In this document: positions 40,937 through 56,690 of the stretch, piece after piece
How positions within the stretch are numbered: position 1 is the first letter of the stretch
Layout of the letters: every line of letters begins with the position of its first letter
Source of the DNA: Eledone cirrhosa
Lineage: Eukaryota
Length of the DNA: 64,000 nt
NCBI GenBank assembly: GCA_964016885.1
Contig: OZ024747.1
Span: forward strand, 70,308,001-70,372,000
Direction of reading: 5' to 3'
Notes under the pieces: generated by a model
What the model saw: only the letters and a program-made list of their open reading frames with translations
Databases searched by the model: none
Told to the model about the DNA's origin: nothing
Program-made: the position numbers and the translations under genes

Positions 40937-43177
40937 ATACACTTTGAGAGATACATGGTATAAAAGCTCTCGTTCAATCCCTCACCGTTATATACATGTG
41001 TGTTGGGTGTGTGTGTCCTTAAACATAGACAAATATAGAAATACAAATATTCGTTCTCATAACGAAACTGCTCACACATACACAATTATTAATATGCATT
41101 CCTAGTGCCTAATGTACTTATGCATACACATATACAGAAACACTTGCTCACACCGTATATCTTTTCTTGTTTGTGTGTTTGTATGTTTGTGTTGATCCTC
41201 ATGGTTTTAGCATGTTTTACATACAATATTGACATGTTACTGCATTACTAAATAGCATAGCTGATAAATTGTAAGCTGATGAATTAATTGTATGCAAGGT
41301 GGGCAGAAAACAAAGATAGTGAATTATTTTATCCATCATTCATCTGTTGAAACAGATCTATTTCTTAGCATGTCACTGGAAACGGAGTACATCTATGGAT
41401 TATAACATTGGCAGTTACCCAGTAAAACAATATGATAGATGGTTTCAATAGAATAATTAAGCTAAAAAATGGAGTGTTACAAAATAGTTCTCAAATATCT
41501 TGGCTCGTCTATTTGAAGATGGGTTTATACCATAGAGGAATTCCAATGTGTCGTATGCAGTGAGAAATAACATGTGTATTAGTGGTATGTGTAATTAAAA
41601 AAAAACAACATTTATGCAAATGTTATGTAGTTTAGCCAAAACAATTCTAAATAATAATGGAAGTATATATATTGATGATTTGGAACATCCATAGTTTTGA
41701 TGAATAGCCTATGACATTTTGTTTCTAGCACGAGATACAATATATTTTAAATGTAGCAAGCAAATATGATCTGTTTGTTAGCGTTTCAGTAACAGACAAA
41801 AGAAAATATAATTTATGAACTCATTCAGAACGAAAAACTGTTGATGTTGTCGTTTTTGATGTCACCCTTAGGTCGATGATCGAAGATATTGAAGGTGTGA
41901 TCAACGCACCATGTGTTATTGTTCTCTCGGGTAGTGTTCTCTCGAGGACTACATTATCCACGTGCGGGGTCCCTCATTAATTGAAACCAAGAAGTTGCAT
42001 GCATAAATAATATTATAAAAATCTAAGACAACAATGCTTCAGCAAAGGAACCTGGCCGTCTATGCTAAATTATTATTTCCCAGTTTCTAAAATCGTAATT
42101 TGATGGGGTAGCTGCAAATTAAATGTTAGTAGTTTGGGGTTTAAACTCTTAGATTACAATGATTGCATTTCATGTGTTGTTATTGCTACTGCTACTGATT
42201 AACTGCCGGTCATTCCTCACTGAGTATATCTATGGTCAGTGGTATTTCAGAAAGGATTATATGTTATATGTATTCAGATATTTTTTAGGATCACATTACC
42301 CAATGCATCGTTTTTTCAACACTATGAGGGATGTGGTCACTTACAGGCTTCTTCATCGGTTTCGCTTCATTAATAATATTATAGGTGAATTGAAAAATGG
42401 CAAATATTGCGGGGAATATTTATGAAATTTGTTTAAAAGCATATATATTAATGTTACTTATATTATTATTATAAAGTGAGAATTTGAAATTAGAAGAAAA
42501 CAATATTGATTTTTGATTGTTATATAGAGTCAAAAGAAGATCATTGATATCAAACTGAGAGATCTGGAAGGCCAAAGTAACGCAGAAAAGAATGAAAATA
42601 AAAGCGAAAATCTGATTTATAGATATTCAGTATTTATAACTAACATACGATCACTTCGTTAGCAGATATTGAAAGTTAGACAAAATATACGATTATGTGA
42701 AAACATTATATATATGCATGGCTATCACAGGGAAATGTCTTTAGAAAAGAGCAGCGGGAAAAATTTAATCGGAAGAACCATCGTTTATGTATCATATCTT
42801 TTTTATTGTGTTTCAACCATCTATGTTGTTATTTGTGCGGTTAATATAAACTTAACTGTCATAAGATTCATTTTATATACATACCTCCGAGAAATTCTGC
42901 TTACAAAGTAAACAAAATGAATCGATATTGTAAAGAGACACTTTGATTACAATACACAGTTAAATAGCTAACTAGACAAATATATCATACATCTATCTTT
43001 AGAATATAGACATTAGATTGGTTTTGGAATGCATATGTTTCTGTAACTTCAGAAAAATCTTTATAAAAATATATAGTATATGTGGGAAAATACGAACTTT
43101 CCATAGAAAAACACAGTTGATTCTACTGATGGACTTTCGTTATTTTGATTATCTATCTGTGTAACTAACTAACTGAC

Positions 43178-43450
<273 letters not shown>

Positions 43451-44039
43451 TTACATACATTCTATTTTATCCAACGCTCGATTTATCTATCGATCTATTG
43501 ATCTGTTTATCGGGTAATTTGTGTATCAACACAAATATATAAGAGCACTTCGGACTTCTTTGCTAATTATGTGCAACTTAACATTGCGTTCTCTCTGTAC
43601 ACATCTAACGATATAAGCTCATATTACTGCTAACTGAACAAAACTTGAATAAATGATTGTTATATTTCTATTATTTCTATAGTCATAAATGGGTAGATAT
43701 ATCAATATATTATGTAAGCTATGTAGCCCTTTACAGCAGCTCAATTAAGGAGGAAATCGTGCCGATCATTCACATAAAAGCCTTGTACTGGTTTATTCCA
43801 CAATACAATTTCCAATCACATGAATTTTCTACTATTGCGACGTTGTTATTACTTTAGTCGTTTAACTTACGCTCATACCTCTAATCAAAGCTGTTTCCGC
43901 CATAACATTCTTTTGTTTTGAATATAAGCTACTATATTTTGTGATGTAAGGTATATTTTATGTAGATTTTTATCTTACACTTTACGACAATATATTCATT
44001 CATTTGTAATAAAAAAAATCCATGACAATAATTGTATTA

Positions 44040-44235
44040 CAAACCTGTCAATTCTCCTCGTCCGGCACGGAGATCTCCCACCCCCTTTGGAGTGGGTGAG
44101 AGATGTCTTCTCTTGTGAAAATGGGTATAGCTTTCATTATGTAAAATCTCCCCATTTTACCTCATTTAACCCCGTTTTGGGACATCTTTTTGTCATGGTA
44201 CTCCCCGTTTGGCTTTTCATAGGTTGGCAAGTCTG
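44040..44235. mobile_element. 196-bp MITE, copy 2
   Basis: TIRs CAAACCTGTCAA / TTGGCAAGTCTG; TSD-like GTATTA/GCATTA; colinear with 31452-31646. Confidence 0.8.
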
Positions 44236-44600
44236 GCATTATATTACCATTTAATTTAGATCTTAAGAAGTTAATTTTAGGTTGCCGAGCGATCTACTTG
44301 AAATAGCTGCCAAACCTCCACAAATCACACTTCTTTAAAAAGAGAAAGACCTATTTCATAATATAGCCCTGGGTATATGCTCCACATAGGTTTTCCGATC
44401 AAATTCGACCTGTAGCAAAACCGATGACATTAATGTTAATTACATCAACAACGGCAACAGCGAAACAAGCATCACAAAATCTGAACAAGTCAAAACTGGA
44501 TATCAAATACTTTAATTAAAACACTATACAAGAGAACAACATATTATAATAGTATATTAGCTTAACACTCAAATGCACACGCACATAACACATAATGCCC

Positions 44601-44655
<55 letters not shown>

Positions 44656-44872
44656 TGGAAGGTTAGTAAAATCGAAGTTATGGAAGTCGGCCAAACCTAC
44701 GAAGTAACAATTCAGATTTGCATGAAGCACTCAATAAGAATGTATCGATAAATCGATAGGTTACACCTTAGAGTAAGTAACATACGTTAAATAGCGTGAC
44801 AAATTGAAAACTGTTGTTAGGAGACATAACCACAGAAGCCGCCACAACAACGAAATACCATCAGGTTAAATA

Positions 44873-44998
<126 letters not shown>

Positions 44999-45222
44999 AC
45001 GTGTAGGTGTGCTTGTAAGTATATAAGGCTTGAGAAAATGTTCTGATTTTTGTGTTGATAATGCTTTAGCAGTGCTCATGAATGAAGGGCTGGGAAAATG
45101 ATGAGATAAAAGGATAGCAGTGTACGGTACTCATTGAAACTTTTACATTATGGATATGTTAGTATGTTAGGGCGGTGAGTGTGTGTTTGTGTGTGTGCAT
45201 ACTTATTCTTCACTATATATAT

Positions 45223-45360
45223 AACGAAGAAAGTGTGGTAAGGAACCAGGTGGATCGTAACGCACCAGAATACTCAATACTTAGTAGAGTGGGTAATAGG
45301 AAAAGAGTCAGGACCCCCATAGCTGAGCTCTGGCCGTCGGGGTCCTGACTCTTTTCCTAT
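45223..45360 (-). mobile_element. Fold-back element, GAAACGGC family, copy 4
   Basis: Tail matches the reverse complement of 11050-11132; hairpin ATAGGAAAAGAGTCAGGACCCC/GGGGTCCTGACTCTTTTCCTAT. Confidence 0.8.
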
Positions 45361-45415
45361 ATATATATATATAGGATATGACTCCCTTAATTTAATTTAA
45401 TTAAATTTATTTCGG

Positions 45416-46088
<673 letters not shown>

Positions 46089-46554
46089 GTGGGTGTGCGT
46101 GTGTGTGTGTGTGTGGGGGGGGGGGGGTAATTCGGTGTCAATGCTTTGTTGCAGCATTTTATGTAGGATAAAAACAGAAATCCGAATAATGAGATCAATA
46201 AAATAAGTAGGAGACTCAGATTACTCCTGGCAAGGGATTGGGGAGATACGAATGTCTCGAACTCACGGTGTCACTCTCCCAGTATAGCCACATTTATTAT
46301 TGAAATCAGTAAAATAGGAAAAAGGCAATCGTATGAAGTAACGTGTTATCCAATATGCCTTTCGTTAAAAGCAGTATGGTTAGATTTTAAGGTTATTTAT
46401 TGCAGGTCCAGCAACTATGGAAATCTCTCATGCTATTTCCTATGCATTTGAACCATGCAAGAGTTTTATGTCAAATGTTTTCAAAGGCAGCATCGCGTAG
46501 GCTGCAGAGAAATTTAATTCACGGCTATATGTAATAATACGAAATAGGCTCTAG

Positions 46555-46974
46555 ACAAACAGCCCGAATTACGCACGCCGTACAGTGCAAATTAGGCTGC
46601 TCAGCCGTTAATAAGCATAAGGAAAGTATATGCTTTCAAAGTTCAATCATGTGACAGAAAGGTATACGGTATATGATAGCTAATAAGCTTGAAACTAGTA
46701 CCTCGTTCATGTGTCAGTGTTGAACAAAAGGGCGACGATGGTTGCCGAGCACTGTACGGCGTAATTCGGGCTGTTTGTTTACAAACAAACCGAACATTAT
46801 AATAAATGTTCGGTAAACCCATACGTACATATATATATGTGTGTGCATGTATGTATATATATATATACATACTACTGTACGTCTGTACACATATATGTAT
46901 GTACGTATACATATTTATATTTAGGTATCAGCCGTACTAAGAGTGAGAAATGAAATTTCGTTTCATTCTTTTCC
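46555..46974 (+). mobile_element. ~420-bp HHR family, copy C, with short 5' inversion
   Basis: 46555-46588 inverts 46749-46778; decayed HHR at ~46667-46705 (AGCT aata AGCT T GAAA CTAG TA retained). Confidence 0.8.
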
Positions 46975-48676
46975 ATATATATATATAAATGTATACACAC
47001 ACACACGCACGCACACACACACACACATATATATATACACATAAATACATACATACATACGAGATATCTATCTATCCACAATGGCTTACGAGATATATTT
47101 TTAAAAACTACAATAACGTATAAGCCATTAATGATATTGTTGATGATAGGTTTCCCGACGTCAAAGTTGTATTCACTTTGCACTAATATTTGTTATTGAG
47201 CGAAACAGAAATTGTTGTTAAGATACTCTTGTATGAATGTTGTACTGTATTTATTAGGAATTTATTTAAACCTTATGGGATGTTTTCTTCAAAGAGGGAT
47301 TTCAGTAAACCGTTGATATATTTTACTAATTGCTATAAGATCCCTATATTTATCAATGCAAAAAACCCCAACTAAAGTCAATATACAAATTGTAGAATCA
47401 ATAAGCACTAAATAAAACAAAAACGAGGCATAGAATAATGAAAATAAAAACAAAGCACCAAAACAATAGGCGACAAATACCCTAGTGATGATTTTTGTAA
47501 AATAATCCCTCATATTTCTGTCATCTAACTGACTAGCTTCTGTCATCTATGTAATTGTTTTGACATGACAGTTTCTCTATATAACAATCCATAGCTTGTT
47601 CCTGAAACCTAAGTCTGGCAAGTTAAGCTGCTGGCCAAAGACATCAGAAGAGCAGGAACTACTTAGTATTATTAGACAACACACAACTGATTCAACAATG
47701 ATTACTTAGTTTCCATGAAAAATAATTTCTTCATTGACATATAGGATCGTCCACTCTCTCCGCTTAAGGTTAAAAGGTTTTTCTTCTTCATGACTACTAA
47801 ACCCGAGGTTCAATGAATAATTGGGGAGATTTTCTGAAAATGCACATTGCTTTAAACTATTAACCTCGAAGTTCGTTGGAACAAACAGATTTTCAAATGT
47901 CTAACAACAAGGAAAATGTAACTATATCAAAACGAAAACAATAAAAAAAAATATTTAGATTAGCGAAAGAGATCAGTGATTGTAGTCAGCAGAGATCAGC
48001 TTTTTACAAATAACTCATTGTTAATCATGGGTAAGGGTGGTTAAAAATATTAAGTTGATTTGACAGTGAATCAATGAGAGTGTGTATGCAAAGCAGAACA
48101 AAGATAATCCGTTGCATTTGTTATAAAGAGTAGACGATACAAATTAAAGAAGAGGATCGCACTAAAAATATCTCTCGTTCATTCGCTCCAACAAGCAATA
48201 GCTCAAGAGATATTCTAGATAAAAATAGTTAGAATATTAACACATCAATTTCATTCGATGTGGCACAAAAAAGAGTTACGTTTCAGCAAGATAGCGGCAG
48301 TGAACTTTATGACGGCATAACTTTGCCACTACTGGATTTGACGTGATGTCAAAGAAGGGAGGAAGCATACAGGCTTAAAATTAAATCTTGTTAACATTTT
48401 ATATTCATTAATAATTTCCTAAAGATAACTTTTATTCGCAATGTTCTACAATTAAATAGATAGATAAGTTGTAAGATAAAACACTTATGTATATAAAATG
48501 TAATAAACTACACACATCAACACTTTATTTTACATACGATTATGCACTAATATATATATTTAAACACATTTTTACACACAAATGCACACACCACACGCAA
48601 ACGCACGCACACACACGCAGTTACACTCACACGCACACATAGATAGATAGATATAGCTATAAATATAAATAGATAG

Positions 48677-48678
<2 letters not shown>

Positions 48679-48738
<60 letters not shown>

Positions 48739-48778
48739 TGAGAGTGAAGGGAATATATATATATATATAGAGAGAGTA

Positions 48779-48812
<34 letters not shown>
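48679..48812. repeat. (GA)n/(TA)n microsatellite
   Basis: Direct reading. Confidence 0.94.
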
Positions 48813-49103
48813 TAATATAAATATCAACTTTCTTTTATTAGTTTTATTATAGAATATTAAACGAATTTTAAAATAATATCATAATTATTTTCATAAGAAA
48901 ATGAATTGTGCAATCCAATTTGTATTTGGCGTGATATTTAAAGGCGACATTGATATTTATTGACTTGTTTTACTTTTAATTTATAAATCAAGGAACCCAT
49001 AAATGCTGAAATTATCTCCCTTTATCAAGAAATAATCTGTTCACTAGTTGTATACATTTAAGTAAAGCAGTCAAACATAATCGTTCATTTTCTTTTTAAT
49101 AAT

Positions 49104-49234
49104 CGTTTCTAATTTTGGCACAAGGCCAGCAATTATCCCAGTGCATTACTGGTACTTTATTTTATCGACCCTTTAAGGATGAAAGGCAAAGTTAACCTCG
49201 CCGGGATATGAACTCAGACAGTAAAGGGGCGTAA
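49104..49234 (-). mobile_element. SINE family A, 5'-truncated
   Basis: Core and tail on the minus strand. Confidence 0.9.
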
Positions 49235-50013
49235 TTTTACTTTTCTCAACTGATTTCAGGCCCCACTGAAACTGAATAATTTAACTCTAGAATTCAGTGG
49301 GATTCCAGCTATATTTAGTGTTTCCAAAGTTCACAGCATATGGGACCTGAGTAAGGCACCGAGACTTCATATCGTCTTCAATTATACATATAACCATGGC
49401 TGCCTAAAGACAAGTAATTATATTCTATGATAGAAAATATAAAAGGGTTTAGTTAACGGTAAAAAAGTATCAGCAAGTAGTGTATCACAGTTTATTTTTT
49501 ACAACGGAAAGATCAAATATTATCAGAGGTAATTAGCAGTGGCACCAAATTTATGTATTACTGGGATAGCTGTGACATGATCACCGCTTAATTCATAGAG
49601 ACGTTTGTATGTTTATTATACATAAACGTAGGTATATGCCTCCATATACACCTCTATTCTGATCCTAGTAGGTCAGGTTTGCACTATATGCAACACCAAA
49701 CGTGGCTTTGTAATCAAAACTACCGAACATGGAATTTATACAAAATTACGGAATGATATATTTATCATGTTACATAATTATTGATATATTCATGAGGCAC
49801 ATTACTATAATATTTTCGGGAGGTGGCGTAGTCAATTGACTTGATCCTTGTATTACTGGCATTCATTCTAACCTCATTAAACGTATATCATTGCTGTTGT
49901 TCATTTTTAAGCACGCACAATAGAAGTTTAGTTGGCTGAGTAGGCAATAGTAAATCAATGCTTCCTATTTGAATCACATTGACAGTATTTACCTTCAGGA
50001 CATACTAATAATG

Positions 50014-50229
50014 GTTTCTTAAATAGGCACAAGACCAGCAATTTTTGGGGAGGGGAAAGTCGATTAAATCAAATTCAGTGCGTGACTGGTGCTTTATTTT
50101 ATCGACCCCCTAAGGATGAAAGACAAATTTAACCTCAGCGGGATTTGAACTCAGATCATAAAGGGCCGTAACTCTATGCTGCAAAGCATGGTGTCCGACC
50201 CTCTACCGATACTGCCAATCCAGGACCCT
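50014..50229 (-). mobile_element. Full-length SINE family A with 17-bp TSD
   Basis: AGGACATACTAATAATG at 49997-50013 and 50230-50246. Confidence 0.93.
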
Positions 50230-50254
50230 AGGACATACTAATAATGATCTAAAT

Positions 50255-50582
50255 CAGAGGTTCTCAAACTTTTTGTGAACCCCCCTCCCTCACGGACATG
50301 TAATACCCTCACCACCTCCCTACCCCTATTTCCAGAAAGATCTGCCTACACTCAAATTGAAAATAATATATAATAAATAAAATAGTTATATATAACAAAT
50401 AATATATTTTATGTATGAATATATATTATGTATTTTTTACTTTGATATATTTATGCATAATATATATCATTTGATATTTAATATAGTATTATATCATCTC
50501 TTCCGCCCCCTTAGGCTCCAGCGCCCCCTGGACCTTCTTAATGCCCATCGGGGGGCAGTGGCGCCCACTTTGAGAACCTCTG
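50255..50582. mobile_element. hAT (Charlie-like) MITE
   Basis: 14-bp TIR CAGAGGTTCTCAAA; perfect 8-bp TSD ATCTAAAT. Confidence 0.93.
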
Positions 50583-52189
50583 ATCTAAATGTAATAGCAT
50601 ATTTAGTGCAATGTCCTCCGTTTGCCGTCATCAATACACCCCTGAGATTAGAAAAAAAACACAAACAAAAAACATCGATTAATTGTCTAAGTGATGAATA
50701 TTTTAAATTTGCATATACTGATTCCTTTATTTGTGTTGTAGCTATTTAACATATTAATGCTTACGTTATCCTTAAGATGTACACTACAAATTGGTTGGAC
50801 AGATATTTCTTACATATAATGTAACGTTTCAAGAGATTCTTCAATGAATAACATTGATGAAGATTAAGATGCTTCATTAGACAACTAGGTCAATCATACG
50901 ACAAAACTGTTGTGAGCATCATAGAATAGCATTATCAATTTCGCATGAAGTAACGTGGATATCTGTTCATTCTTGAAATCATTACGCCACCACTAAAGAA
51001 CTTGATGTACATTGAAGAGAATATTTATAAGGTCATCAGCGCACGATATGGGCTGAAAATGTGCTGTTTATCCGACCTTTCATGCCAAGACGATATAAGA
51101 TAACAACAGATTCGCATATCAAAGCTAGTATTCATTCGGTTTCTTCAAATTTTGTGTCATCTTTTATCGCAGGAAATTGTAAGGTGCAAAAGTCACAGAA
51201 GCGTGTTCACATACAACATTAGCTGTGAAACAATAACTCATATATTCATGCTCCTAACTCTCTATCTATTCCTTGCTATTTTTCTCTACCTCACCTCGCT
51301 TTCACCTTCTCTTTACTTTCTCTCCCTCAACGTTTCCAAAACATTTACCTTTATCTCCTTTGCTGTCTTTTGATTTCTCCTTTAGGTCTTATTCAGATTC
51401 CTTACTATGACATTAGAGAAGTGAAGAAAATTCCCATCAGGCTTAGTAGTGAATTTCTTAAAAGTATTTCCAGGCATTGCACATATTTCCTTTCGGTTTA
51501 ATGACATTATTCATTAATAAAGAAATTTCAATATATCTTTACTTTTCGTTGTTACTGTAAATTTGCGGTTGTCGCACAAGAAATCTCTTTTCAACTATGA
51601 AATTACATCATAAAATAAACAAATATTAATATATACCGCATTGTCTTAAACTGATGTTCATGTTTCAATGTGAGCAAATCCCTTCTTCTGCCATGAATAT
51701 CTTATGGTTTTAGGCGTATGTAAGTCTACATAATCTAATGATGTAGTTCACAAGCTTATTTTGTCTCCGAGCCTTTGTACAGTGTTCAACATTCGCTGAA
51801 TATATTTTACGAACACTCCCCACCACCTGAATTATAATGAGGCACAGAACGAAACAAAATTGTTATAACAGGGACGAGAATCTATTCATATACAGAATCC
51901 ATATATTAAAAGCATTTATTAAAAGAAACCTTATGTCGCTGAACTCCAGAATATTTTCGCGTACCCAACTCTGGAATATTCTCTTCTCATTTGAATCCTC
52001 CACTCGTGTTTATTGTTCTACTCCCTAGTTTACTGTATTCTGCATTTTATACATGTGTGTGTGTGTGTGTATGTGTGTGTGTGCGCGCGCGTGCACATGA
52101 GGATGAGTAGTGTGCATCCTCTGTAAGTTGAAACATAAAAATGAATATTCATAGTTAAATAACTTTTTACTATTATATGTACAAATTAG

Positions 52190-52338
52190 CACGATGTATT
52201 AGCAGTATCGATCGAGTGTCGGACAACATGCTTTGCAGCATATAGTTACGTTCCTTTACGTTCTGAGTTGAAGCCCCGCCATGGTTAGCCTTTCCTTTCA
52301 TCCTTACGATTTTCCCTTACCCCAATACTGTTATCCTT
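52190..52338 (+). mobile_element. SINE family A, internally deleted and diverged
   Basis: TTAGCAGTATCG..GTCGGAC..GCTTTGCAGCAT..TTCTGAGTTGAAG..CCTTTCATCCTTACG. Confidence 0.8.
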
Positions 52339-52713
52339 GTGCCTAAATTAGAAACCAATATATGTACGAATTAACACAGCAGAAGAAATATGTAAATAAT
52401 ACTCTGTAGCCAATAATTTTAAATATCTTTGCAAAATATTTCTAAAGTAATTAAGAGTGAACTACAATTCCAGTTTTGTTCCATGAGAATTTTTGAAATT
52501 TTTCGGCTAGCCAAGTTTGTACATTAGAGAAATATTAAATTTCAAAGAAATGATTTCTTTCAACAATTACACGAAGTGAAATTACTTTCTCCGGGCTAAG
52601 ATATCAGAAGAAAATTTATATAAAAAAGAAAGTTATAAGGAAGTAACAAAACAAAACAAAAAGAAAAAAAGATGCATGTGTAAAAAAGTAATATAATATG
52701 ATACACACACACA

Positions 52714-52787
<74 letters not shown>

Positions 52788-53077
52788 GTATATATAAATA
52801 TATATATATATGTTTGTGTGTGAGTGTTGTATACTAGTATCTAACTATCGAAAGTAGGACCAATAGTATTGTTAGAACTCCGCGGCGTCCAGCAGTATAT
52901 GATATATATATATACATACATACATATATATATAGATGTGAGAAAAACCACAGACCCTCCATCTCAACTCACCTTTTGAAAAGCAGAAGAACTGCGAAAC
53001 CGGTAAAGGAACCAAATAAATATATATATTTTTAAAAAAATAAGACTTCAGTTGCATTTTCGATTTCATCCCTTTTT

Positions 53078-53080
<3 letters not shown>

Positions 53081-53120
<40 letters not shown>

Positions 53121-53306
53121 TATGTATATATACATATATATATATATGTACATATATATATATACATATATATATACATGTATATGTATATTTATATATA
53201 TATATGTATATATATATGTATATATATGTAAATATATATATGTATATATATATATATATATACATATATATATACATATATATACATACATATACATATA
53301 TATATG

Positions 53307-53356
<50 letters not shown>

Positions 53357-53389
53357 CATATACATATATACATATATATATACATACAT

Positions 53390-53449
<60 letters not shown>

Positions 53450-53504
53450 ATGTATATATATATGTATATATATATATGTATATATATATATGTATATATA
53501 TATG

Positions 53505-53549
<45 letters not shown>

Positions 53550-53649
53550 GTATATATATATATATACATATATGTATATATATATATATATATATATGTA
53601 TATACATATATATATATATATACATATATATACATATATACATATATAC

Positions 53650-53690
<41 letters not shown>

Positions 53691-53725
53691 TATACATACA
53701 TATATTTATATATATATATATTTAT
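53081..53725. repeat. Compound (TA)n/TACA/TATG microsatellite
   Basis: Source of the 165-271 aa artefact ORFs. Confidence 0.97.
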
Positions 53726-53980
53726 ATTCTATACTAGTTATTACCTATTTATGGTAGAACCAGTAACGTTGTCAAAAGTCCACGTCGTCCAGAAGTTATA
53801 ATTCCAACGAGATCAGTCGATGAGGGTACTTACTTTTGTAGTAGGCTTTCACCATATCGGATTCGTTTGTGTATTCTACACGGGGTAGAGAGTCATATGC
53901 CCCAAGGGCAGTAAGTATTTTTATCTTTATTTTTGTCTCCAGCTACCCAACCTGTGTTCACCATGTTTCGTTTATGCAAT

Positions 53981-54032
53981 GCACCTGATGATGTCACTGG
54001 AATCTTACTGGTCATTGAAATATATATAGTTC
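53981..54032 (+). ncRNA. Hammerhead motif, older relative of 45821-45878
   Basis: GCAC-CTGATGA-TGTCACTGG..CTGGTCATT-GAAA-TATATA-TA-GTTC; downstream GCCTCCTGT..TTTAACTCCGT..GCACCACCA is shared with 45910-45958. Confidence 0.62.
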
Positions 54033-54402
54033 CTGAAGAATAAAAACTTTAATGGAATTTCAACTTTCCGGCCTCCTGTTGTTTTATTCAATAATGTTTA
54101 ACTCCGTCCACGCACCACCAACAGAATTCCACACCAAAGATGATAGAGTTGCGTCACGTTGAGTGCTTTTCATACTATCGTATCATGGTTAACAGAATGT
54201 AAAGTTCGCCTTTTGCTTTCATGTATATATTATGTGTGTGTGTGTGTGTATATATGTTGAACAATGAAAGCAAAAGCGAACTTTACTGCGTAATCATTTC
54301 ATTGTTTTACGATCGTTTCAGCAGGTTGATTGACTATGATAAATCGTTATAATGACTAATCAATAATAATTATGTAACTCCAGATTCAATTATATATGTA
54401 TA

Positions 54403-54458
<56 letters not shown>

Positions 54459-54463
54459 TTATA

Positions 54464-54599
54464 TATCGTGCTGCAATGTCGTTGCGCTGAATTGTCGTTG
54501 CGCTAAATTGTCGTTGCGCTAAATTGTCGTTGCGCTAAATTGTCATGCGCTGAATTGTCGGCGCTGAGTTGTCCTGCGCGGAATTGTCGGTTCACGATA
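54464..54599. repeat. 15-16-bp GC-rich minisatellite bounded by a short inverted repeat
   Basis: About 7-8 copies of AATTGTCGTTGCGCT(A/G); termini TATCGTG/CACGATA within (TA)n. Confidence 0.8.
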
Positions 54600-56259
54600 T
54601 ATATATATATATATATATATAGTTTGGTTACATCTTTTAGCTTCTTAATAATTGTAATTCCTTAATTCTTTGCTGCAAATAATGTTTTATAAGTCTACAT
54701 GTCTACGTTGATGATAGTTTTGGTGAAAGCAACAGAAAGCCACCTCAGAAGTTTTGAAATCAAGCTCGTGGTGTAGTACCTAGTGACAGGACTGTATGAT
54801 TTATAAATGATTCTTTATCTTTCACTGATAAATAGATACTTGGCTATATTATAAAGTTAGAATAAGTCGAGGTAAAATCCTTATATTGCTGACAGAATTT
54901 TTACAACACGCACGGAAGAAAAATGCTTATTAACATTCCATATATTAACTCAGAATAGGATTTATTCAGTGACAACTAGGTAGTTCAGTTGATCGAAGAA
55001 GTGAATATTCATCGTCGAAACTGACGGAGGATCCGCCATCATTCTGAATAAATTACAACATTAATATCACACTTTGTATTTTCATCAAATATTCTTGAAA
55101 TGACTTTCTCAGACTTTTTTGTAGACGATACTGACAGAATCATAGAGTAAATAAAATATAAATAAATGATTAGCAATCCGATTTAGTATTGAGAAATATA
55201 CTTAGTTCAGAAGGTTTAGTAGAGCGCTCTCACTTATTACTTTGTCGAGTTTAGAATGCCAAAATGTAACCATCGGGAAATCAGATCATTTGTTTTATCA
55301 TCTAAGTAGAATTGCACCCCCAACCAACAAATAATCTATTTCGACAGACCTCAGAAATGTTGGGTATTATTATATAATCATTTAGGTGTCTTTGATATTT
55401 TTTGTTCAACTAAGAGAAACGAAGATCTTTCAATAATGGTTATATATATTCTTTTGGCTATTACATCTGATGGAAAGTTACGATATTTGTATACTCCGTT
55501 TGAAAAGGGGCAAAATATGATTTTCTTAACATTCTATTAAACAGTATCACTGGCCTAGACCTGCTCTGCGCAATATCTTTCTTAATCTTCTTTGTTCTTG
55601 TTTTGGGAGACTTGTTTGTTCAGCATGCCTTCTAGGCAAAGTTTCCGTAAGCTGAACGAATTAACTACTCTCCATTATTGAGCATTGATCTAAAAATGAC
55701 TGCTCACTCGTTCTGACCAATTCTTTTTATATGATTAGTCTGTCTAGACTGCAAGTAAAGTCTGCAGTTTTCCTAATGACTCTAATATGTAGCCAAAAGC
55801 GGTTATGAACATATTATCATGTGTTTCTTTTGTTTTAAAGCCGATTCAAGGTATTGGTCAGGGTATGGGGGGGCAAAGTTCTTACGAAAGAAGGGAAAAA
55901 ATTATACGAAGATAAAATGGAAAAGAACAAAGAGAAAAAAGAACAAGAGGCTTCAAGATAATAATTCTAATAATATCCGGCCTTGGGCAAACGTTTGTGG
56001 TTAGTGGTCAGCGCCTGACCAGTTTCTTTGAAGCAAGTGAAGATGGAAGCTATGGTAAATTATTTGGATGTAGTGGTATTAAATTTAATATGGCTTTAGT
56101 GTGAAGTAGATTCAGTTTGATCATCACGATCTGGGAAACGGAAAAAAGAGAAAATATTATTTGATCAAAAATACGAAGATGTACAAGAGAATGTTAACTG
56201 TTTTATAAAGTACGTCGTCGTATGATTCATACATGATACATGCACACAGAAGCAGTCAT

Positions 56260-56629
56260 GTATGTACTTATGTGTGTATGTACGTACGTATGTATATATT
56301 TATGTATGTGTATTTACGTGTGTTCACATACATAAATACATACATGCACAGCCATACACATACATACATGCAAACATACATATATACATACATATAAACA
56401 GAAGCGTACATATATATTTTGATTATATTAATAAGAGTCCCGTACCATTTTCCACAAATACACATCTATACACACATGTACGCACACATGCATATATGCA
56501 CATACACAAACGCATATATATATATATATATATGCGTTTGTATATATATATATATACATGCATATACAAACAGATACATATATACATACATACACATATA
56601 TACATACATATATTTACATACATACATAT

Positions 56630-56680
<51 letters not shown>

Positions 56681-56690
56681 CATACGCATT
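56260..56690. repeat. Degenerate TA/CA/TACA low-complexity tract
   Basis: Direct reading. Confidence 0.85.

Noticed and set aside
54476-54590. CRISPR-like array
   Set aside because: Tandem units without unique spacers, eukaryotic context, no cas genes.
54985-55030. GAAGAAGTGAATATTCATCGTCGAAAC hammerhead-like string
   Set aside because: Core is incomplete and stems I and III are absent.
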